The notes under the pieces were generated by a model. It saw only the letters and a program-made list of their open reading frames with translations. It was not told the origin of the DNA and searched no databases. A DNA stretch of 64,000 bases, taken from positions 62,767 to 126,766 of the forward strand of contig CAZMNX010000002.1 in NCBI GenBank assembly GCA_964567825.1, written 5' to 3'. A program made the position numbers and the translations under genes. The stretch is from an uncultured Candidatus Saccharibacteria bacterium. Its GTDB lineage: Bacteria > Patescibacteriota > Minisyncoccia > Phycocordibacterales > GWA1-40-21. Of this stretch, positions 57,083 through 64,000 are shown one piece after another (position 1 is the stretch's first letter; every line of letters starts with the position of its first letter).

Positions 57083-57721
57083 CTACTTTAGTACTTCAAT
57101 AATAGGATGTCCCAAATGAATACCTCCAGTTAACTCATCTTTAAGAATCTCAAGATTTCCTTTTAGATCTTTACGTTCTGATCTGTTGAGAAATAATTTG
57201 TTACCTCTTTTCTCAAACACAATTTGAGGGGCACCATCGTTTTCTCTTACAAGATTAAGTTCGAAAGGACTAACTTCCAGTCCGTATTCAGTTACTGTCA
57301 CTACCTCACCTGGACGATACTCACCATCATTTTCTTTCAACAACTCTACAAGCCTATCTACTTCTCCTTGAGAAACAAAAAACAATTCTCTCATAATCGG
57401 TTGAAATTTAAAATGGTTACCCTCCCCGCTCATGAATTCATGTTGATCGGGTATCATCTTTGCTCTTAAGGTTTGTCCGGTTACTAGTTGAAAGTAAGTT
57501 GAACCATTAGCGGTCTTAAATACTCGGTTAAATCTTTCCTTTTCTAATGAAAGTTGAGTAACAAATTCTTCGCGTATTTTTGAAATCGCTTTTACGACCT
57601 CGCCATTATCTAGAACAGTATATTCATTTTCACGTAAATTATCCAGCCTCAAAGAAAGTTCCTCCAAACTCACGGGCGCCAGCTCAACTGTTTCTTGCCG
57701 ATTACTACTTGAGTTATCCAT
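57083..57721 (-). CDS. Hypothetical protein (start moved to MDNSSS, downstream of tRNA-Tyr)
   Basis: ATG 57721; the longer call overlaps the tRNA. Confidence 0.6.
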   Translation of the reverse strand: MDNSSSNRQETVELAPVSLEELSLRLDNLRENEYTVLDNGEVVKAISKIREEFVTQLSLEKERFNRVFKTANGSTYFQLVTGQTLRAKMIPDQHEFMSGEGNHFKFQPIMRELFFVSQGEVDRLVELLKENDGEYRPGEVVTVTEYGLEVSPFELNLVRENDGAPQIVFEKRGNKLFLNRSERKDLKGNLEILKDELTGGIHLGHPIIEVLK

Positions 57722-57745
57722 AATATAAAAAATTTTCTTATTAAG

Positions 57746-57831
57746 TGGTGCGCCGAGTTGGACTCGAACCAACGATGCCCATTGGGCCGCAGATTTACAG
57801 TCTGCTGGAATAGCCGCTATCCGATCGGCGC
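57746..57831 (-). tRNA. tRNA-Tyr (GTA)
   Basis: GCAGA-CT-GTA-AA-TCTGC, long variable arm, GGTTCGAGTCC, CCA. Confidence 0.93.
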
Positions 57832-57871
57832 ATATTGCGACCTACACACTCTATCAGATTTTAGAGACGAA

Positions 57872-60577
57872 TCAAGCGCTCCCTTTCCCCGCCTTGGTTA
57901 GGGCGGGGTGGTGAGTCTGCGAACCGGGGCGGTTGTTCTTCCCTTTCACCTCAAAAGTAAACTCCTTATTTTTTTGATCAACATTGATAGTGCCGCCGGC
58001 CGAAACGCCGCGAGAGATCATCAGTGATGCCACGGGATTGAGAATTTTATTTTGAATCAAGCGCTTTAAAGGACGAGCGCCGTATTGTGGATTGTAGCCT
58101 TCTTTAGCTAGGTACGAAACCACTTCTTTACTAATCACCAATTTAATTTCTTTTTCTTCTAGGCGTTTACGGACAATATCAAGCTGAATATTCACGATTT
58201 CCGCCACCGCTTTTTCACTCAAAATATCAAAGATAATAACATCGTCCAAACGATTCAAGAATTCCGGACGGAAATGCTCTTTGAGGGCGCGAGTCACTTT
58301 ATCCTTCACATCTTCATATTCAGCTTTTTTGGTTTTATCCATACTGAAACCAATTTCTTCCATTTTATCGATAAACTGTGCTCCGATATTTGAGGTCAAA
58401 ATAATTACTGTATTTTTAAAGTTAACCACGCGGCCTTTAGCATCCGTTAAATGACCACTGTCCAAAACTTGAAGCAAAATATTAAAGACTTCTGGATGAG
58501 CTTTTTCGATTTCATCAAAAAGAATAACTGAGTATGGGCGATGTCGCACCATCTCGGTCAAATTTCCCCCTTCTTCATAACCAACATAGCCAGGTGGTGA
58601 GCCAATCAGTTTAGAAACAGCGTGGCGTTCCATAAATTCCGACATATCCACGCGAATAAGCGCTTTATCATCATCAAACATAAATTCGGCTAAAGCTTTG
58701 GTTAATTCTGTTTTACCGACGCCAGTTGGACCCAAGAAAATAAATGAGCCAATCGGTCTATTTGGATCGGCGATGCCAGCGCGAGAACGCTTAATAGTGT
58801 CTGAAATTTTCTGCACGGCTTCGTCTTGACCAATAATTCTTTTCTTCAGCTCCTCTTCCATTCGATTAAGTTTTTCGGCTTCGGCTTCGAGCATTCTTTT
58901 TACCGGTACACCAGTCCAACGCGAAACAATATCGGCAATATCTTCTTCGCCAATCTCCTCCTTGAGCATACGGCGTGAACTTTGCAATTGCTTTAGGCGC
59001 TTAATCTTGGTAGCCAAATCTTTTTCCATTTGAGGAATTTTACCGTAACGAATTTCCGCGGCCTTCGCTAAATCTACCTTCACTTCAGCCGCCTCGGCTT
59101 CGATCTTGGCCTGCTCCAAGCCTTTTTTCAGAGCTTTAATTTCCACAATTGTCTCCTTCTCGTTTTTCCATTTTAATTCGATTTCGGAAGTTTTTTCTTT
59201 GAAATCCGCAATCTCTTTCTCAATTATTTTCACGCGCGCTTTAGCTTTTTTGCCGCCAGCGGCTGCTTCTTTTTTCAAAGCCTCACGTTCGATTTCCAAA
59301 CGTAAAACTTTACGATGGGTTTCTTCCAAAATCGGTGGCATATTTTCCAAAGAAATTTTCAAAGCCGATGAAGCCTCGTCGATCAAATCGACGGCTTTGT
59401 CTGGCAAAAAACGATCCGTAATATAGCGTGAACTTAAATTTACCGCCGAGATAATCGCATCATCAGTAATGCGCACACCGTGATAGAGTTCATATTTATC
59501 TTTCAAACCACGTAAAATTGCAATGGCATCTTCGATCGAAGGCTCACTTACGTAAACAGACTGAAAACGACGAGTTAAGGCTGGATCTTTTTCTATCTTC
59601 TGAAATTCCTTGGTGGTCGTAGCACCAATGGTTCTAAATTCCCCACGGGACAAAGCCGGCTTGAGCATATTCGAAGCATCAAGCGACCCTTCGGCCGAAC
59701 CCGCCCCGACAATGGTGTGGATTTCATCAATAAAAACAATAATTTTACCTTCCGATTTTTCTATTTCTTTTATAATATTTTTTAAACGCTCCTCAAATTC
59801 ACCGCGATATTTTGTTCCGGCAATCAGAAGCCCCATATCCAGTGAAACTAATTCTTTATCTTTAAGTGATTCGGGCACATCACCCTGAGACATTCTTAGG
59901 GCCAAGCCTTCGACAATAGCAGTTTTACCCACCCCGGCTTCACCAATCAAAATCGGATTATTTTTTGTGCGGCGCGATAAAATTTGAATGATGCGAGAAA
60001 TTTCATTATCCCGACCAATAACCGGGTCAAGTTTATTCTCCTTGGCCATCTTTGTTAGGTTCCTGGTATATTTAGAAATCGCCCGTAACTTTTTAACGGC
60101 TGGGACCTCACCATTATTGTTAGTTTTAAATTCAGCTAAAACTTTAATAATCTTCACTCGATCAATCTTGAATTTAGCGAGAATTTCTCGAGCCGGGCTT
60201 GGTACATCTAAAACACCGATAAATAAGTGCTCGGTGGAAATAAAATCGTCTTTCAATTCAGCTGCCACCTTGCCGGAAGCCTCAATTACCTGAGCCAGCT
60301 CGGGTGTTAAATAAATCTGCATCGCCGGCGAAGAAATATTAGCCTGGGTAGTCGTACCGTCAATAATATCTAGAAGTGAATCGGTTAGCAGTATGACGTC
60401 AATTTCTAGGCGATCAAGAATAGACGAAACCATGCTTTCCTCTTGCATAATTAAGGCGATCAAAAGATGCACCGGATTCACATGATTTTGGCCGCGCTCA
60501 ATGGCTAATTCATGTGCTCGGCGAATGACTTCCTTGGCCTTAGTTGTAAAATTATTGAACGGAGGCATAACTGACAA
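57872..60577 (-). CDS. clpB: ATP-dependent chaperone ClpB
   Basis: Two AAA+ modules ([16 protein letters not shown]), long M-domain with [17 protein letters not shown]. Confidence 0.92.
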   Translation of the reverse strand: MSVMPPFNNFTTKAKEVIRRAHELAIERGQNHVNPVHLLIALIMQEESMVSSILDRLEIDVILLTDSLLDIIDGTTTQANISSPAMQIYLTPELAQVIEASGKVAAELKDDFISTEHLFIGVLDVPSPAREILAKFKIDRVKIIKVLAEFKTNNNGEVPAVKKLRAISKYTRNLTKMAKENKLDPVIGRDNEISRIIQILSRRTKNNPILIGEAGVGKTAIVEGLALRMSQGDVPESLKDKELVSLDMGLLIAGTKYRGEFEERLKNIIKEIEKSEGKIIVFIDEIHTIVGAGSAEGSLDASNMLKPALSRGEFRTIGATTTKEFQKIEKDPALTRRFQSVYVSEPSIEDAIAILRGLKDKYELYHGVRITDDAIISAVNLSSRYITDRFLPDKAVDLIDEASSALKISLENMPPILEETHRKVLRLEIEREALKKEAAAGGKKAKARVKIIEKEIADFKEKTSEIELKWKNEKETIVEIKALKKGLEQAKIEAEAAEVKVDLAKAAEIRYGKIPQMEKDLATKIKRLKQLQSSRRMLKEEIGEEDIADIVSRWTGVPVKRMLEAEAEKLNRMEEELKKRIIGQDEAVQKISDTIKRSRAGIADPNRPIGSFIFLGPTGVGKTELTKALAEFMFDDDKALIRVDMSEFMERHAVSKLIGSPPGYVGYEEGGNLTEMVRHRPYSVILFDEIEKAHPEVFNILLQVLDSGHLTDAKGRVVNFKNTVIILTSNIGAQFIDKMEEIGFSMDKTKKAEYEDVKDKVTRALKEHFRPEFLNRLDDVIIFDILSEKAVAEIVNIQLDIVRKRLEEKEIKLVISKEVVSYLAKEGYNPQYGARPLKRLIQNKILNPVASLMISRGVSAGGTINVDQKNKEFTFEVKGKNNRPGSQTHHPALTKAGKGSA

Positions 60578-61436
60578 TTTCTTGTTTTAAAATATTCGAT
60601 GGTAAAAAGTTGAATTGGGTTGAAAGATTTGAGCTAACACGAATACCAACGACTTCACCATAAAGATTCAACAATGGACCGCCTGGTAAACTATCAGTTA
60701 AATTAATGTTTGTCGAGATACCAACGATTTCTCTTTTGACCGGAACCGTGGTGGTAGCGGTTGTGCTAGTAGCAACGGTTTCATTTTTTCCTTCAGTATC
60801 TACAACACTGGAAACGATGCCGGTCGAAACAGCGTTACGGGTATCACCACCCCAAGCAATAACCGTCTGACCAAGTTTCAAACTATTTGAATCAGAAAAA
60901 CTAACTGGCACAAACACCATTGGGCTTTTTTCATCCTGAATTACCTTTAGGAAATAAAACTTTAGGCCTTCTTTTTTAACCAAAACTGTTACTTTATTGA
61001 ATTTAACACCGTCGAGTGAAATAACATATTTGCCTTGTGGATCAAGGAAAATATCACCCGTGGCAATCAAGCCATCCTTAGAGACTAAAGTACCCAAACC
61101 AACAAAGGTTCTCGGTGCCACGTCCCCGCCGTCTGTAACATCGGAATAAATTCGAACGATACTATTTTTATTTTTATCAACCGATTCAACAATCTTATCG
61201 TCCTCCTTGACCACCACGGTCTCACGAGTGACCACCGCAGCCGAATTACTAGCCGCTGGAGCCGTAACCACTTTTTCAATAGTTCTTTCTACCACGCGGT
61301 TAATTGTTTGGGTGACGCCAGCTGGCGCTTGATCCATGAGGGCCACAGTCACAATGCCGGTGGCAATAGACGTGACAAAGCTCACCAATAAGGTGACTAG
61401 GACGATCTGTTGTTTAGTGAGTTTTTCCATATCCAT
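60552..61436 (-). CDS. Membrane-anchored trypsin-like (HtrA/S1C) protein, apparently catalytically degenerate
   Basis: DSNSLKLGQTVIAWG, VSTGIVS, SLPGGPLLNLYGEVVGI. Confidence 0.75.
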   Translation of the reverse strand: MDMEKLTKQQIVLVTLLVSFVTSIATGIVTVALMDQAPAGVTQTINRVVERTIEKVVTAPAASNSAAVVTRETVVVKEDDKIVESVDKNKNSIVRIYSDVTDGGDVAPRTFVGLGTLVSKDGLIATGDIFLDPQGKYVISLDGVKFNKVTVLVKKEGLKFYFLKVIQDEKSPMVFVPVSFSDSNSLKLGQTVIAWGGDTRNAVSTGIVSSVVDTEGKNETVATSTTATTTVPVKREIVGISTNINLTDSLPGGPLLNLYGEVVGIRVSSNLSTQFNFLPSNILKQEIVSYASVQ

Positions 61437-61459
61437 AGTAAACTTATTATAGAACTTTT

Positions 61460-62650
61460 TTAGGAAAATGCAAATTTTTGTTTTTGAACTTCTTTTTTAA
61501 GAATTGTGACAACATAATTGATATCTTTTCTAGAAATATTTTCAGCCAAAGAAAATCGTAAGCTAGTTTTAGCTCGCCAGTTTTCCCCACCCAAGGCTCG
61601 CACCACAAAGGATTCTTCAGCATCACGTTCGCAAGAACTTTTGGTTGAGCAAACGATTCCCGCTTCATCTAAGCATAAAACCAAAAACTCGGAATTAATA
61701 TTTGAAACAGAAATGTTTAAATTATTCGGCAACCTTTTTTCTAAATCGCCATTTAAAATTACGCCGGGGATTTTTGCTTGAACATTTTGCCAAAAATAAT
61801 CTCTAACAACTTTCACTTTTTTATTATTCTTAATCCAATCTTTTCTGGCTAATTCAAAAGTTTTGGCCAAACCAACAATCAATGGTACGTTTTCTGTTCC
61901 CGATCTTAAACCTTTTTCTTGGCCTCCTCCAAAAAGCACTGGCGAAATTTCCAGATTAGCTTTTTTAAATAACACTCCCACCCCTTTTGGCCCATTCATC
62001 TTTTGGCCATCGAGGGTCATCAAATCTACTCCCAACTGATTCACGTTTAAATCGAGCCACAGCCCGGCCTGACTAGCATCAGTGTGAAAAAGTGGAGAGG
62101 ATTTTCCTAATAGGCTTTTCCTAGCGTGCCTGATTTCCTTAGCAATTTCTCGAATTGGTTGAACGGTACCAATTTCATTATTAGCATAACCAACTGAAAC
62201 CAAAATTGTATTCGGTTTAATTAATTTTCTTAAATCCTTCACTTCAACGATCCCACTTTCTTTAACTTTTAAATAATCAACTTTAGCTCCCCTTCGCTCT
62301 AATTCTTTAAAACATTCCGTAACCGAGCTGTGCTCAATATTAGTAGTAATAAAATGAAAATCAGATAATTTAATTTTATGCTGTTTTAGCAAGTAATTAA
62401 CAACTCCAATAATCGCCAGATTATTTGATTCTGTACCCCCAGAAGTAAAAATAACCTCGTTTGGACGCCTTAGTAGACTGTCAGCAATTGTTTTCCTGGC
62501 TTTTTCTACGGCTTGCCTAGCGATTACCCCTCCTTTTGTGATGGCGCTAGGATTACCAAAGTTTTCAGTCCAATAGGGTTTCATAGCCAAAATAACCTCC
62601 GGGCGAACTGGAGTGGTCGAAGCATTATCTAAATAAATCATTTTAGCCAT
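61460..62650 (-). CDS. iscS: Cysteine desulfurase (IscS/NifS)
   Basis: IYLDNASTT, FTSGGTESNN, HTDASQ, QKMNGPKG, STKSSC; start at MAKMIY. Confidence 0.88.
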   Translation of the reverse strand: MAKMIYLDNASTTPVRPEVILAMKPYWTENFGNPSAITKGGVIARQAVEKARKTIADSLLRRPNEVIFTSGGTESNNLAIIGVVNYLLKQHKIKLSDFHFITTNIEHSSVTECFKELERRGAKVDYLKVKESGIVEVKDLRKLIKPNTILVSVGYANNEIGTVQPIREIAKEIRHARKSLLGKSSPLFHTDASQAGLWLDLNVNQLGVDLMTLDGQKMNGPKGVGVLFKKANLEISPVLFGGGQEKGLRSGTENVPLIVGLAKTFELARKDWIKNNKKVKVVRDYFWQNVQAKIPGVILNGDLEKRLPNNLNISVSNINSEFLVLCLDEAGIVCSTKSSCERDAEESFVVRALGGENWRAKTSLRFSLAENISRKDINYVVTILKKEVQKQKFAFS

Positions 62651-62717
62651 AAACGCATCATATATAAAACCTTGTCCCTTTGCAAATCGGCGCAAATACT
62701 GTATAATCCCTAACTGT

Positions 62718-63188
62718 ATGACGTTTGAAATATACATCTTAGGCGCCTTGGCGCTGGTCATAGTTATTCTCTTTATTTGGATAATATGGCTTCAAAATAA
62801 ATTGGGGAAACTACTAATTGGCAAAACAAAAAATCTTGACGATTCTTTTGCTCTATTAGAAAAAGAAATAACTGATTTTAAAAAGTTTCGAACCATCGCC
62901 GAAGCCACTTTCAAGAGCAACGATGCTCGCTTAAAGAAAACTGTGTCTGGGGTAGAAACAATTCGTTTTAATCCGTTTAAGGGTGACGGCTCAGGCGGCA
63001 ATCAAAGCTTTGCCACCGCCTTCTTAAATGAGGAAAAAAATGGCGTCGTTATTTCCAGCATGTATTCACGCGATCACGTTAGTGTTTTTTCCAAGCCAAT
63101 CAAAAATATGAATTCTGAACAGGGTGAATTAACCGCCGAAGAAAAAGAAGCTTTATATAAAGCGAGCGAAGCAACCAAAACAAAATAA
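62718..63188 (+). CDS. DUF4446-like membrane-anchored protein
   Basis: TM, RFNPFK...GGNQSFA.A.L.....GVVISS. Confidence 0.8.
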   Translation: MTFEIYILGALALVIVILFIWIIWLQNKLGKLLIGKTKNLDDSFALLEKEITDFKKFRTIAEATFKSNDARLKKTVSGVETIRFNPFKGDGSGGNQSFATAFLNEEKNGVVISSMYSRDHVSVFSKPIKNMNSEQGELTAEEKEALYKASEATKTK

Positions 63189-63229
63189 AATGAACGTTTT
63201 TCGTTTAAATTTAATTTCCACAAATCAAT

Positions 63230-64000
63230 ATGGACAAAGCGAATGCACAAAAGCAAATCGAACGTCCGCCCGTGATCTGCATCATGGGGCATATTGACCA
63301 TGGTAAAAGCACACTCCTAGATTACATTCGTAAAACTAATATTGTCGATAAAGAAGCTGGCGGTATTACTCAAAAAATATCAGCCTATGAGGTCGTACAC
63401 AAAGGTAAAAAAATTACCTTCCTGGACACCCCCGGCCATGAAAGCTTCTCGAAAATACGCGAGCGTGGCGCTAGTGCCGCCGATATTGCTGTTCTGGTGG
63501 TGTCAGCCGAAGACGGCGTTAAAAAGCAAACACTTGAAGCAATGAAATGCATCAAGGACAGCGAGACACCTTTTATTGTAGCGATTAATAAAATTGATAA
63601 ACCCGGAGCCGATATCGAACGAACCAAAGTTAATTTAGCCGAAAACGAAATCTATTTGGAAGGTTACGGCGGCGAAACCCCCTTCGTGCCGATTTCCGCT
63701 AAGACCGGCCAAGGAGTTGATGACTTACTAGACTTAATGCTTTTAGTAGCTGAAATTGAAGAATTAAAAGGTGATACTGGTAAAAACGCCGAAGGTGTAA
63801 TCATTGAGGCCAACCTGGATAAGAAAAAAGGTATTTCCGCCACCATGATTATTAAAGACGGCTCTCTGAAAAATGGGATGTTTATTACGGCAGGAAAGGC
63901 TTTGGCTCCAATTAGAATTGCCGAGGACTTTTTGGGTAAAAAAATCACTGAGGCCACCTTTTCTTCTCCGATCCGAATCATTGGCTTTGATGAATTACCG
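63230..64000 (+). CDS. infB: Translation initiation factor IF-2 (partial, lacks long N-terminal domain), not in ORF track
   Basis: MDKANAQKQIERPPVICIMGHIDHGKST, GGITQ, DTPGHE, NKID; runs off the window. Confidence 0.95.
   Translation, partial: MDKANAQKQIERPPVICIMGHIDHGKSTLLDYIRKTNIVDKEAGGITQKISAYEVVHKGKKITFLDTPGHESFSKIRERGASAADIAVLVVSAEDGVKKQTLEAMKCIKDSETPFIVAINKIDKPGADIERTKVNLAENEIYLEGYGGETPFVPISAKTGQGVDDLLDLMLLVAEIEELKGDTGKNAEGVIIEANLDKKKGISATMIIKDGSLKNGMFITAGKALAPIRIAEDFLGKKITEATFSSPIRIIGFDELP

Noticed and set aside
61460-62761. Extended iscS start at 62761
   Set aside because: Overlaps the divergent gene at 62718; family homology begins at MIYLDNA, so 62650 was used
1-64000. Genome-wide TGA=Gly recoding (code 25)
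   Set aside because: Many genes end in TGA and conserved genes have no internal TGA; only one in-frame TGA was found
1-64000. CRISPR array, IS element, integron or prophage
   Set aside because: No regularly spaced repeats, transposase, tyrosine/serine recombinase or phage structural genes recognised

Overview
Chromosomal segment of a small-genome bacterium, most consistent with Patescibacteria/CPR (Parcubacteria-like). This is inferred from a short IF-2, a short SMC, a NusB-NUDIX fusion, core genes without Shine-Dalgarno (SD) motifs, and CPR-type orphan proteins. Standard genetic code (TGA = stop). The AT-rich backbone carries dnaX, dus, ftsQ-like, serS, dprA, topA, relA/spoT, parB, miaA, rpmG, alr, khpA, rpsP, rnr, mscL, smc, rnc, nusB, rpmF, rnhB, trmD, clpB, iscS, infB (partial) and four tRNAs (Gln, Leu, Trp, Tyr). 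Accessory material: (i) a ~12.7 kb AT-rich block downstream of tRNA-Gln with a biosynthetic-looking operon (TPP E1 alpha/beta, PLP aminotransferase, two ATP-grasp ligases, NUDIX, 2-hydroxyacid dehydrogenase) preceded by resistance-type genes, two of them with lesions; (ii) an orphan PemK/MazF toxin facing a promoter-driven ~50 nt structured RNA; (iii) a GC-rich terC-telA-terD-telA-vWA operon next to an AT-rich PRTase-HAD-PRTase trio, both behind a near-identical 33 bp promoter, with an unassigned structured RNA inside the ter operon; (iv) about ten GC-rich stand-alone cassettes, most with their own -35/-10 promoter, SD and terminator; (v) an in-frame palindromic insertion in topA and a leader-peptide/attenuator before an MFS transporter. 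No CRISPR array, rRNA, transposase or integrase was recognised. All calls come from motif recognition by eye; no searches were run and GC statements are visual impressions.
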